Shown in pieces: positions 9,936 to 24,481 of a DNA stretch of 64,000 bases; position 1 is the stretch's first letter, and every line of letters starts with the position of its first letter. The translations under genes were made by a program, and so were the position numbers. Source of the stretch: Eledone cirrhosa (lineage: Eukaryota); the NCBI GenBank assembly GCA_964016885.1, contig OZ024746.1, forward strand, positions 37,758,001 to 37,822,000, written 5' to 3'. The notes beneath the pieces are model-generated. The model had not been told where the DNA came from. It saw nothing but the letters and a program-made list of their open reading frames with translations, and made no database searches.

Positions 9936-11467
9936 TATATGCTCATTCTTCCTTACATAACGTTTTTCTCTATCCAAACACCTACAATATCTTCCATCAG
10001 ATTATATAGATTCTAACCTTCCGAAATATATAAACTACACTTATAAATTTTAATTTACTCCTTAAAACCAATACTTATATTATCGCACTCTCCAGAAATT
10101 CTTTTATGAAAATATTTTGAAAAATTCTAAAAATTTCCTTCGAAACACCTCCTGGAAATTTTTGTAAAATTTCTGAGAGGTTCTTTTGAATGATATGAAT
10201 TTCCATTACCCCTACACGTTCTAAACATGCGTAATAATTATGTATTTTCTTATATATCCAACCATTTTTAATACATATGTATTTTCATATATATCCAAAC
10301 ATTTTTATATATATGTGCAATAATTATGTCTTATATTTTAATCATATCTTAATTATATTTTAAGATGAATTTTTATAACTTCTTATAACTTTCGTAGTGA
10401 TTTTTATCTATCCTTGAATCATTTGGGTTATGAAAAAATACCTATTTAACTTCCTTTAAACCTCCTTATTGTTTTTATTATCTCAATCTTTATAGTCTTA
10501 ATTTATAGTCGAAACCGTAAACTGTTTTAATATATACTCCTAATTAAAAAATTTTTCCTTTCTAAACTCTCGTAAATCTTCATAAATGTTTAAGAATAGA
10601 CTTACAATTATTAATAAATTCTGGCTAAATATAATTTTGCCAAACTTACTTTAATCAATTACACTTTACTTGTTTTTTTCCAATGCAAAATATTATACAT
10701 TCAAATATTTTATAACCTATAATAATAAAATAGCCATCTAAACATATATAGTATTAATACATCTTAATACATATTAAATACTTCTTTTTGTAATATATCT
10801 TATTGTAACTATTTACATTTTAATTAAATTCTAATTAAATTTTAATTAAATTTCTGGTTAAATATTTAACTAAATAATAACATTACTCTTTTGTAAAGTT
10901 TTCGTATCGATAATTGAACGTAATATAAACACAACATAACGAATAATATGTTTACATTGTGACTACTCATCTATACAAATATATTTCTTCCTTCACTTCG
11001 CCCTTCTTTCTTTTTCCTCTCCCTCCCTCTCAATATTTTTTCAACCTCTTTTTTCCAATAGTTTTTCAACATTCATGTCTCTCTCCCGCACAATACTTTT
11101 TTCTTTCCCTCTCCATCTCAATTATTTGTTCTTTCCTTCACTCTCTCTCAATATTATATATTTTTCTATTTTTCTTCTACCTCTCTCTTTCTCTTTCTAT
11201 TCTCTTTATCTATTCTCTTTATCTCTCTCCCTCTAAATGTTTTGTCTCTCTCCTTTTTACATCTATCTTGTCTCTCTTCCTATTACATCTATTTTCTTCC
11301 AGCAGTTTAATTTGTATAAACCGTTGTTTTTTTTCAATTTTTCCGACACTCATTTCCATACTCACTCACTAATTTGTATCACCCTCAAGTATCTCCACTA
11401 TCCAGCAAAGGTTGAGGTTGTCTTTTTTCCGCGTATGTCAATATTTATTTACAAAACAAATGCGTAA

Positions 11468-11527
11468 TTTATCTGATGAAAGCGCACCATAGTTTACCTT
11501 CGTCGCCCATGAAATATATATAATAAG
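11468..11527 (+). ncRNA. Degenerate hammerhead ribozyme
   Basis: ttat-CTGATGA-...-GAAA-tatata-TA-ataa. Stems I and III are fine; stem II pairs poorly. Confidence 0.55.
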
Positions 11528-11660
11528 ATAAATATGGTTTTATAAATATAGTTTCCATTTATTAATATATTGTGTAAATATATATATATATATATATACC
11601 CACACACACACATATATATATATGTAAAAGGTAAACAGAAATAACAACACAATCGGTACA

Positions 11661-11692
<32 letters not shown>

Positions 11693-11709
11693 CATATACA
11701 GATATACAT

Positions 11710-11769
<60 letters not shown>

Positions 11770-12286
11770 GTACATATATATATGTGTGCATGTATGTATA
11801 TATATATGCATACTACTGTACGTCTGTATACATATATGTATGTGCGTATACATACTTATATTTAAGTAACAGCCGTACTAAGAGTGGGAAATGAAATTTC
11901 GTTTCATTTTTTCCGTTTATATTATAAATATTATATATATATATATATATATATATGATTTTCCTTCTTTCTCACATCGGATTCACTCGCGAAAGGTCTG
12001 TTTCTTACACGCTCATGTATTCACCCAGTTTATGCTGACAGAATAACCATGTTGCTTGCTTTTCTTTCCATCTTCGGTTAGCTTTCCCCTGTGTCGTTTA
12101 CTTGTCTCACTCGCTTTACGCGTTTCAATAGTCCCAATAACTTATTTTAGTTATTGTCGCACCAACGTGAGGTATATGATTTTTAATGCGATGAAATACC
12201 AATGATCGTTGGCAAATCCCTGATGAGGGACTCATTTTATAACATGTAATACATGTGCACCCATGAAGTGTTCTCCTCCCCATATT

Positions 12287-12361
<75 letters not shown>

Positions 12362-12374
12362 TATATACATATAT

Positions 12375-12486
<112 letters not shown>

Positions 12487-13384
12487 GCCACTCTGTGTGC
12501 ACGACGTGTACTTGTTTTTCTATAGGATAAACGTAAACGAAGTGTTTAAATACGATGATCATTATATGTCGAATATGAGGAAAATAGAGAAGGATGTGGA
12601 CTCGTGTATTTGTTAATTGCCCACGTTTACATTGACAAATGGTTGCACTTACATTAAAAACGAACATACACACTTGAACGCACGCAACATATAGGCTCGT
12701 ATATATTCGCATATGCACACTTTTATACATAATTATAAAGCAACGAACAGACGAGAAATATGCAACCAGTAAAAAAACAAAAACGTATAAACAAATTTTA
12801 TATTGATTGAAAATACTGCAACGGAATTCTAAAGCCTTAACGAAAGTACTTAGAACAAACTAGATCAAGAGAAACAACATTAAACGTAAAACAACAACGA
12901 TAAACAAAAACACTTGAAAAATAACGAAAATAGCTACTGCTAGACATAAAAATGTTCTCCACAGTATTAATTCTACTCTGTCTAATGTTAGCAACAATAA
13001 TAATTGTAATATTACGAATGATTGTAGGCCACGAAGAAACAGCCGAATTATGTTCTCATTTGTTTCTGATTGATTACACTGCAACGGAAGACAGTTGTTT
13101 ATGTTTGTTTGAGTGCAATTGATTGTGTGCATTAATATGCCTATATGTGCATTTAAATGTGAGCGCATTTGCCTGCGTAGCATGCATTTTTCTATTTGTG
13201 AGTACATGTTTTTCAATAGAATCTGGTGTATATGTTTTATTATTTTTTCTTTAAGGTAACATATATGTTGTAAGATAAACATACACATATGTTTTAGAAT
13301 ATATTTGAATGTTTCTCCGAAAACACACACAGACACACTCACACACACGCATATATATATATATATAAATAGTTAAATATATAT

Positions 13385-13650
13385 ATAAACGGAAAAAATG
13401 TTACGAAATTTCATTTCTCACTCTTAGTACGGCTGTTACTTAAATATAAGTATTTATACGTACATACATATATGTATACAGACGTACAGTAGTATGTATA
13501 TATATAGATGTACATACATGCACACATATATATATATGTACATATGGATTCACCGAACATTTATTATATATATGTGTGCATGTATGTATATATATATACA
13601 TACTACTGTACGTCTGAATACATATATGTATGTACGCATACATACTTATA
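13385..13650. mobile_element. Fold-back remnant of the family H (retrozyme-like) 3' region
   Basis: 'taaacggaaaaaatg..cgaaatttcatttctcactcttagtacggc...' matches the unit of 53899-59215 and inverts at about 13568. Further pieces lie at about 11700-11918 and 13870-14030. Confidence 0.65.
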
Positions 13651-13830
13651 TATATATATGTATATATATAAATATATTTATATAATATATATATATATAC
13701 ATATATATATTAATTTTTATATATATATATATATATAAATTTATATATATATATATATAGATACATAGATATATATAAGCATACATATATACACATACAT
13801 ATATATATATATATATATGTGTGTAAATTC

Positions 13831-13870
<40 letters not shown>

Positions 13871-14036
13871 ATAAGTATGTACACGTACATACATATATGT
13901 ATGCATACATACAGTATTATGTATATATATATACATACATTCACACATATATATATGTACGTATGGATTCACCGAACATTTATTATAATGTTCGGTGTGT
14001 TTGTAAACAAACATCCTGAATTAAGCCGTATATATA

Positions 14037-14076
<40 letters not shown>

Positions 14077-14081
<5 letters not shown>

Positions 14082-14605
14082 TAATAAAAATAATGAATAA
14101 AAACAAAGAGTTCCTTATACTAAAAAAAATCATCAGTTTACGATCGTTTCGAGGATATATACGTTTGTGTTGGTATGTATATCATATAGATCTATGTAAA
14201 ATGTTTACAAACTATCAGGGAGAATATGCATACCTACACATAAATATGCTGTCTTCAGAAATAATATTTTATTACATTATACATTATTTGTGAAGACAGC
14301 ATATATATATGTGTAGGTATGTATATTCCCTCTGATAGTTTGTAAAAATTTTACATAGATCTATATGATATACATACCATCACAAACATATATATCCTAG
14401 AAACGATCGTAACATGATGAATTTTTAATATAAGCAACTGTTTCTTTGTTTTTATTCATTATTTTTATTAATTTATCTTGACTCTGTTTTCCTGTATTTT
14501 TCATCGGAATACAAATTTTTGAATATATCTTCTCTTTTAATGATATTCGGATTACATTGAGTTCTTCATACGGATTAGACACTACCGTACATTTTGGTAG
14601 ATTTA
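14077..14605. mobile_element. Small asymmetric fold-back element in (TA)n with degenerate HHR
   Basis: 14077-14257 is the inverse of about 14292-14474, and the right arm extends about 130 nt further. Both arms carry GAAA-cgatcg-TA, and CTGAAGA lies upstream in the left arm (minus). Confidence 0.65.
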
Positions 14606-14609
14606 TCTA

Positions 14610-15733
<1,124 letters not shown>

Positions 15734-15734
15734 A

Positions 15735-16143
15735 ACTTTAACTTTGATAACTTTGATAGGTTTCGGCCAGTATTGGCCCAGCCCATGTCTAACTTAATAC
15801 CACTACCAGACGAAGTCTTACAAACCAGGGTTTGGGCAGCATCGCCCACTCGAGCAGAGAGTTATTGAAGGAATCTATCCAAAGACTTCTTGAACATGAT
15901 GGGGTCTGTCTCTGATTTGATGTGTTTTTGGTGTAATCTTAAAGAGTGCAGTACCAATTGAGGTGCAATAATTGTGCCGTATTGTTGTTATGTGATGCGA
16001 GTGGGATTTTTGTCGTAGGCAGATAGCACGGGACCCAAGCATTGGGTGTACAATAAAGATGATGCCAACATCATTTGGGCTAAGCTGATGGAATATTTTC
16101 CACATTATACAGATAATGTAGCCCTCACGGCGACGTTGAAGAG

Positions 16144-16146
<3 letters not shown>
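15735..16146 (-). pseudogene. 3'-end fragment of a CR1/Jockey-group non-LTR retrotransposon
   Basis: SLQRRREGYIICIMWKI...IGTALFKITPK/HIKSETDPIMFKKSLDRFL resembles the post-RT C-terminus of these LINEs. Confidence 0.6.
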
Positions 16147-16210
<64 letters not shown>

Positions 16211-16236
16211 TACAATTACATATATATATGCATACA

Positions 16237-16381
16237 TGAGTCCAGAATTAGCCGTCGAAACGGCTTGAGCTCAGCCGTCGGGGTCTTATTTGTTCCTATT
16301 ACCCACTCTACTACCCTAAGTATTGAGTACTTTGGTGCGTTATGGTCCACCTGGTTCCTTACCACATTTCCTTCGTTACAT
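16237..16381 (+). mobile_element. Short HHR-associated terminal fragment (family G); other copies at 36075-36244 and 41586-41730
   Basis: Three related copies lie in (TA)n. It contains the 3' half of an HHR, GAAA-cggct..agccg-TC-gggg. Confidence 0.65.
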
Positions 16382-16383
16382 AC

Positions 16384-16414
<31 letters not shown>

Positions 16415-16898
16415 CATAAATATATATATACATATATATATATATTTACCTCTTCCCCCCACACTACAAGACAATACACTGCTTATCACTATACATGGTA
16501 ACTCAGTGCAATTCCTAGATTACTACTACAAACCCAAAGTTCACTCACCACACATACTTTGTCTGTCCCCTCTCTACCTATATCTCTCTCTACATCCATT
16601 ACACTCTCTCTCTCCCACCTTTGACCTACCTCCCTCTCAACATCTATGAACCTGCCCTCTGGGGCAATAAATAATTCCGACCTTAACTATCAACGCATCT
16701 CTCCAAAAGTAACCAGTATAATAAAACCCCTACCATAACATTTTGATTAAGATATCTACAAGCCACTCTCTCCTACTTCTCCAACCCCTGCACATCTTTC
16801 TTTCTCTCTCCCTCTTCCCTACTTTTCTCTCTTCCTTTTCTACTCTATCTTCCCCAACAACCCCACTTAAGGGTATTTACATTGTACATTTACCATTC

Positions 16899-16998
16899 TG
16901 CTCTGAGGAAACAGTGGTCACGGCATTGGATATTCGAGTTGTGAATTTGCACGTAGCATAACTAGGCTGCAGTACCACCGTGGAAACACTTGTAAGCA
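16899..16998 (+). ncRNA. Type I hammerhead ribozyme at the end of a PLE-like 3' UTR fragment (about 16445-17058)
   Basis: tgct-CTGAGGA-aacagtggt...accaccgtg-GAAA-cacttg-TA-agca. Confidence 0.8.
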
Positions 16999-17054
16999 CA
17001 CGGAATAAATTACCTTTTTATGATGTCTACCTGTTATTATTCATTATTTATATT

Positions 17055-17126
<72 letters not shown>

Positions 17127-17167
17127 CATATATATATATATATACATATATATATGTATACACATAC

Positions 17168-17251
<84 letters not shown>

Positions 17252-17404
17252 CAAAATGTATGGTAGGTCGTATGTGAGTCGCGATGATCACGCCTGACCT
17301 ACCAAATATGCGACGGTAGCTAGTTAAGCTCTATGCGTATAAGCAGAGCAGAAATATTAATGAAAAAGAACAAAGGAACTATTATGACATTATAACAAGT
17401 GTAT

Positions 17405-17451
17405 TGCCGACAGCCGTTTCGTCCGACCATATGGTGGGACTTTTCAAGGCA
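17405..17451 (-). ncRNA. Minimal hammerhead ribozyme, TTGAAAA core variant, in a minus-strand PLE-like 3' UTR (about 17248-18470)
   Basis: Minus strand reads tgcc-TTGAAAA-gtcc..ggac-GAAA-cggctg-TC-ggca. Confidence 0.75.
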
Positions 17452-18477
17452 TATAACAGGTGATTGTAAGTTCATTATTTACATCAACGTTTCACTCAAG
17501 ATTAGCAGTTTGAAATTGTGGTATGCATCAACATCTCCGCTTGTATATTTGCGGTCTATATTCTAAGGGGGCTCTTTTATTTTAGTTGTCGGAGTTGTAA
17601 AAGGGATGGGTTATGGGGAGTTAAGAGAATTTAAAAAGAACCTAAGAGTCAGGGATTGAAGGTTAAAAATTAGAGAATTTATAATTTACGCATTAAAAGT
17701 AAAAGACTTGGGATCTCGTAGAAGCACCTTAAAAAATCCCTCAATAAGTGCATAAAGCTTATAAGCCCCAATAAACCTAACAAACCAGAAGAGATTAAGA
17801 GACTAAAAAAATAAAAAAATAAAAAAATAAAAAAATAAAAAAATAAAAAAATAAAAATATAAAGTTTTCTAAAAATATATAAAGTTTCCTAAAAAATCCC
17901 TTCGAAAGAAAAAAAAGAAACATTTTTTTTTTCCCAGAGATCACGTTAACAAATTTCAGAAAATTTACGAAGTTTTGATAATCCCTACTAAGTTGAAAGA
18001 AACTAATGAATTAAAGGTTAATTCAAAAAGCCTTCAAAAAATCCCTCAGAAAAGGCCCCTTTATTATTTTTAATAAGAACCTCTTCCGAGAGACCCTTCA
18101 AGGAATTAAAATTTTAGAGAGCCTTTAAAGATATATATAAACGAATTGAGGAAAATTACAAATTAAAAGTTAAAAATTACGGGATTTGGGAGATCCGAGG
18201 AATTTTCAAAGGGCTGCTTCAACAGATACAACTTAGGTATAATAGATAAAGTAATTTAAGTAATTTAAGTAATCTAATTAGGGATCAATTCAAAGAGCTT
18301 ATCAAGTTGGGCAAGATTAAAGAAAATGATAAGTAAGAAAATACATAAGCAAAAAGACAATAATTATAAAATGTATTTTTAAGAAGGTATAAGGTAGCTT
18401 CAGTAATCTAATAATTTACTATCAAAAAATTAGTATAAAATTAATAATATAGGATTAACAAAGACATAATAATATAT

Positions 18478-18935
18478 TCGAAAAGAATGGGTATGCATGT
18501 AAAGAAGCTGCTTGAATCTATTGGCGGTTAACCCTATGTAGGCCCTACGGGACGTGGGTGTTACAATCTTACATTTGTAGACAATGTTACTAGAGAGGCA
18601 TTTCCCGGATAGGGGGCAATCAATAGATTCAAGCAGCGTCTTTACATGCATACCCATTCTTTTCGTTACTCTCTGAGAAGGATTATGACGACATTTTCAG
18701 CTTATATCTGGAGACTAAAAGACAACCACACCCAATATAAGTTACACTGGAGATCCTAGCAAGGGCTAGATCGTATAACGGAAAGAAAAGACCATGTGAT
18801 CTCTGCGCCGCTGAGGCCCTGGAAATACTCTACGCCAAAGACCACATCTTAAACAAAAAATCTGAGGCAATTTCGGCTTGTAAACATAAATTGCACAAAA
18901 CTTTCCTGTATTACAGCCCAACATTATACCCTAAC
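18478..18935. pseudogene. Naiad-type GIY-YIG remnant with 5' inversion
   Basis: Minus 18478-18621 gives CPLSGKCLSSNIVYKC..AYIGLTANRFKQ. Plus from about 18622 gives RFKQRLYMHTHSF..YIWRLKD..CDLCAAE..ILNKKSE..ACKH. About 45 bp is duplicated in inverted orientation. Confidence 0.8.
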
Positions 18936-19151
18936 GGATAGTACGATCTATACGTCGATATTTTACGTCTTGATCTGGTATCTAAGTATATGTTATGTTT
19001 ATACCATTACTTATTTGCATAGGTAAGTATATATTACCTGTATGTTTTGTGAAGGGAACGTTACCACGAACCAAAGTATCGTATTCCTGTCTTCCTCCGG
19101 TTGTAACGTTTTTTGAAATATCCACTTCTGCGTTTACAGATTGACATTGTT

Positions 19152-19202
19152 AGTTTCAGAAGATCCAGTTAAGGGTGAAAGCAGCGATTCTTTGCTTAAA
19201 CT
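19152..19202 (+). ncRNA. HHR-like motif with CAGAAGA core (family F); copies at 22453-22503 (-), 41453-41503 (+), partial at about 36030 and 61480-61538
   Basis: agttt-CAGAAGA-tcc(c/a)gttaagggt-GAAA-gcag..ttgc-TT-aaact. Confidence 0.6.
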
Positions 19203-19222
19203 TTAATCTGTTATTTTAATAA

Positions 19223-19253
<31 letters not shown>

Positions 19254-19261
19254 TGTGTATA

Positions 19262-19322
<61 letters not shown>

Positions 19323-19325
19323 ATA

Positions 19326-19378
<53 letters not shown>

Positions 19379-19409
19379 GTATATATATACGTGTGTGTGT
19401 GTATGTATG

Positions 19410-22266
19410 TAGATATGTAAGAAACATACACGGAGAAAACAACCAACCGACATGTACACGGAAAGAAAGACATCTTTGCTGGTACACTCAATGTTCAAAC
19501 ACTCCAGAAAGACCATAAAATCCCTGAACTGATTGCTTCAGCAGGGGCGACTAACCATGATGCTATCTGTCTTCAAGAGCACCGGTTCATACATGAAGTG
19601 CTCGTAACAAAGCAGCAAATATTTGGCAATTGGAGGATGATAATCTGCTCAGCTTGGAAAAACAACATGAATGCAGCAAATGGTGGAGTTGGAATGCTTT
19701 TCAGCCCGCGAGCATATGCCGCACTTGTGAGTGTTGAAATTATAACATCAAGGATAATAATAGCTACGTTTTACGGGAATGCTAAAGCCACTGTAATCTC
19801 TTGCTATAGCCCATCAAATGTATGTGACGTGGCCGAAGTGGAGAGGTTTTACATGGAACTAACATCACTGACTAGACAAATCCCGAAACATAATGTTCTC
19901 ATCATTGGCGGAGACTTCAACGCGCGTCTTGGACAGCTTCATGGATTCAAATTCACATACCACTCACAAACCAATAGAAATGGTTGTATGCTAAAAGATT
20001 ACTTGCGTGAGAACAATTTACGAAGTCTCAACGCCATATTCCAAAAAAGACCAGACCAGAGGTGAACACACAAATGTCCAAATAGCGACAAGGCACAACT
20101 GGATTACATCATAATCAATCGAAAATAGAAGAACAGCGTAAAAACTGCAGAACATATGATTTATTTTTTAGTGTTGACTCGGATCATCGCATTGTCTCGG
20201 CCATGATACGATTAAGTCTCCGAGTGGATAAAAAGATATCTGAAAATGCTACTCCTTACAACTGGGCAGTTCTGAATACCAATCCTGAGACTTACAAAAC
20301 CTTTGTAACTCAACTGAGCAACCGATTTGCTGCCCTACAAAATCGTCAAATTCTACATTTAACCACTTTTAAATGGCATTCAAAGAGGCAGCGGCGGACA
20401 CCATCCCTTTAAAACCCAAGGTTAAAAAACGAAAACCATGGGAAACTGAGAGGATACGCCAAAAACGCAAAGAGTTGCGAAAAGCTGCAGAATTGAAAGA
20501 CACTCAACGATCTCCAGAAAACATTAGTAACTTCAATGCTGCTTGTACAGCGCTGAAAAGTGAGTATGAAATTGAGCAAGCCGAATACATGCAGAAAATG
20601 ATGAATCATATCTCAAGTACTGTCAGCAATAAGAGGTCTGCTGAAGCCTGGAAAACTGTCAATGAAATTAGTTGCAGGAAAAATAGTGACAAAGCCAAAC
20701 TGAAAGCCTTCAGCCAAGACGAACGTTTAAAATTGTGGCAACAACATTTTCAGAACCTACCTGGCAAAGCACCACAGATCATTGAAGAAGAAATAATATC
20801 CGTTTTTACAGAGGAACACCAAATACAAAAAAAATCCTTTGACTATGAAGGAACTACAGAAAGCAGTGAAAAGTATTGGTAACGGAAAAACGTGTGGACT
20901 CGACGAGATCCCAGCTGAAGTTGGGAAGGTACCTGAATTCCACCCAATCCTACTAGGGTTGCGTAATCGTGTCTATAATCAAGACCCCATAGACAAATGG
21001 GCTAAGTGATGTATACTCCTTTTTCCCCAAAAGGGCGATCTTGGAATGGCTAAAAACTACCGTGGCATAACACTAATGGCAATTGCCGCAAAGATATACA
21101 ATCTCATGTTGCTTAACAGAATAAGACCAGTCATTGACCCCTTGCTGAAAAAAAACATGGGAAGCGTAAAAACCAAAAACCTCCCAGCAACTCTACTGTT
21201 TATTGACTTTTTCAAAAGCATTCGATTCCATCCATCGTGGGAGGATGAGAGAGATACTTCTAACCTACGGCTTGCAAAAGGAAACGGTGAATTCCATCAT
21301 GAGGTTATATAAAAACACCCGCGCAATGGTGCGCTCACCTGATGGAGATACCAACTTCTTTGACATCAGTGCAGGAGTACTCGAAGGGGATACGCTTGCA
21401 CCATATATTTTTATCATCTGACTATATATTGAGAAAAGCCCTCGACGAAAACTTAGAGCTTAGTTTCACTCTCAAAGCAAAAGTGTAGACGCCATGCAGC
21501 TGAGAGAATCACCGATGCTGACTATGCGGATGATTTAGCGGTCCTCGCTGACAACCTTAGGGATGCAACATCACTACTTCCCAGCATCGAATCAGTTGCA
21601 AAGGAAATCGGACTCTATGTCAACGCAGGCAAAACAGAATATATTTGCCTGAACCAAGACTCTGCAGTTGCAAAGTCTAAACGGCGATATAATCAAGCAA
21701 GTTGACGACTTCAAATACTTGGGTAGCTATATTGCCTCCACAGAACATGATGTTAACATCAGACTGGGAAAAGCCTGGGGCGCATTAAATGCAATGGAAA
21801 AAATATGGAAATCAAACATGCCGGCCAAACTGAAAATGAATTTCTTCAGAGCTGCTGTGGAATGTGTGCTTGTTTATCACTTGGACGCTAACGTCAAAAC
21901 TGGAGAAAAAGCTAGACGAGTCATACAAACGCATGCTCCGTGCTGCTTTAAACATATCTTGGAGGGAACAACCCAACAAATAAGGATCTCTATCGCAATA
22001 TACCGCCTATCAGCAAGTCAATACGTAAACAGAGACTCAGATTTGCTGGCCACTGTTGGCGCAGCAAGGAATAAATATCAGGCGATGTATTGTTATGGAG
22101 TCCATCTGAAGGAGTAAAACACGCTGGTCGTCCCAAGAAGACAGACGCCAAGCAATTTGAGGACGATACTGGATGCACGGCGGAAGAACTGGCAAACGCT
22201 ATGAGAGACAGAGATGGATGGAGGAAACGTGTCGTAGAAGGCCGACCAAGCTCGACCCGATGATGG

Positions 22267-22272
<6 letters not shown>
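19410..22272 (+). mobile_element. Decayed RTE-clade LINE (APE endonuclease + RT) with multiple frameshifts and stops
   Basis: APE motifs [30 protein letters not shown] motifs NYRGITL, KAFDSIHR, GVLEGDTLAP, YADD, FKYLGS. It ends in a (TGA)n-like tail 'cgatgatggtgatg'. Confidence 0.9.
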
Positions 22273-22341
<69 letters not shown>

Positions 22342-22346
<5 letters not shown>

Positions 22347-23140
22347 ATAATAATACAATTGAAGACTAAAATCCAAAGAGGGCTCGATAAGGAAAATATA
22401 TATCAAATATATAAGAACCGTAGATCAAATATTTATTAAAATGACAGATTAAAGTTTAAGCAAAGAATCGCTGCTTTCACCCTTAACGGGATCTTCTGAA
22501 ACTAACAAAGTCAATCTGTAAACGCAGAACTGGATATTTCATAAAACGTTGCAACCGGAGGAAGACAGGAAGACGATACTTTGGTTCGTGGTAACGTTCG
22601 CTGGCAAAGAACGGGAAAAAACGAATAATACGTCATTAATAGGAGCGGTGAAAAACAATTACGCGCAAAGACAAAACCACGTGTATGGTATAAAAGAGGT
22701 CGTAGACTAATGTTCTCTTAGGTGGTGCATAGAGACGTTCTCTGGCAATGAACGAAAAAACGAAGATAATAAGTCATATGTGGAGCGTGGAGAACAATAG
22801 TACGCAAAGACAAAACCACGTAAATGGTATAGCAGGAATCGTAGACTAAATTTCTAACTAGGAGACCAAATGAATCTCCGCTACAGAGTTAAGAACAAAG
22901 TAAATAAATACAATACAGAAGTAATAGGAACAGATAAATACATACACGCAAACAGATTACGTACATACACAAGCATACGCAAAACCTTACCGTGGGTATA
23001 CAAAACCACGCACATATAAATATGTGGGTGTATGCTTGTGTACAAATAAATAAATAATTATATAAACGTATATAAGTAAATAAATACGTATATAACAAGC
23101 GCACATTTGCTTAAACTTTAATCTGTTATTTTAATAAATA
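22342..23140. mobile_element. Family F asymmetric fold-back element; mini version at 35806-35908
   Basis: The long minus arm starts at 22342. The short plus arm 23107-23140 'ttgcttaaactttaatctgttattttaataaata' is the inverse of 22429-22462. Confidence 0.7.
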
Positions 23141-23338
23141 TATATATATATATATAGAAGTGGTTACACAACAGTCAGTTCACCATACCGAGAACAGCTG
23201 TATCACCTTAGAGGTTCCTCAGCTCGTAACGGACATGGTTATAAGGAACAGGTAGGGCAACCGTACGGATATAAATACATATATATATAAATACATATAT
23301 ATATATATATACATACATATATACATACATATATATAT

Positions 23339-23388
<50 letters not shown>

Positions 23389-23484
23389 ATATATATATGT
23401 ATGTATATATGTATGTATATATATATATATGTATTTATATATATAGGTATTTATATATATATGTATATATATATATATATATAA

Positions 23485-23626
<142 letters not shown>

Positions 23627-23637
23627 ATATATATATC

Positions 23638-23680
<43 letters not shown>

Positions 23681-23691
23681 ATATATATATC

Positions 23692-23744
<53 letters not shown>

Positions 23745-23768
23745 GGATATATATGGATGTATACATAC

Positions 23769-23802
<34 letters not shown>

Positions 23803-23807
23803 TAATT

Positions 23808-24312
23808 GAATATAAAAGAAAAACGAACACAGATATACACAAATATGAGTTCAAATCGTAAGGGACCAAATTCGCTAAGTTGAAATGAATACTAACTATA
23901 GAATTGGGTTTGTTTGTCTCAATTTAATAAAAAATCAAGAAAATAAATACAAACCGGAATTGTGGTAACTTCCGATCACTCAGACAACTTGTTGTTGTTT
24001 CGGAATGTTAATTGTGAATCCTAGATACAAATTTATCACCCAATGATGAGCATAAATTGCTAATTCTATTCACAATTAACATTTGGAAACAAACAATTCC
24101 GGTTTGTATTTATTTTCTTGATTTTTTTCTTAAATTGAGACACGCAAACACAATTGTCTCTAGTTAGTATTCTTTTCACCTCAGCGAATCTGGTCCCTTA
24201 CGATTTGAACTCATATATGTATATATCTGTGTTCGTTTTCATATTCAATTATAATATACGGCTCGGAAATATCTCTTTCTTAGAGCTATTTTGTTGTTAC
24301 TGCCTCAATATA
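23808..24312. mobile_element. Small asymmetric fold-back element in (TA)n
   Basis: 23808-24020 is the inverse of about 24068-24256, and the right arm continues about 55 nt further. Confidence 0.75.
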
Positions 24313-24434
24313 AACCTTTGATATATACCTTTGATATATACATTTGATATATACCTTTGATATATACCTTTGATATATATATATATATGTGTATAAATTA
24401 CACAATTATCAATGTTATGTGCAAATCATTTAAT

Positions 24435-24481
24435 TGCTGACAATCGTTTCTTCCAAACTGTCGTTTGAAGTAATCGGAGCA
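24435..24481 (-). ncRNA. HHR-like motif with CCGATTA core variant
   Basis: tgct-CCGATTA-cttcaaac..gtttggaa-GAAA-cgattg-TC-agca. Confidence 0.65.

Larger units (their letters stand above)
9225..11578 (+). mobile_element. 5'-truncated Naiad-type PLE (different family): GIY-YIG remnant + long AT-rich 3' UTR + degenerate HHR
   Basis: Contains ORF 9381-9935 and an HHR-like motif at 11468-11527; ends in (TA)n. Continuity across the UTR is inferred. Confidence 0.7.

Noticed and set aside
19055-22600. Inverted repeats flanking the RTE LINE as TIRs of a composite transposon
   Set aside because: They are the 3' ends of two separate family F copies facing a shared (TA)n region.
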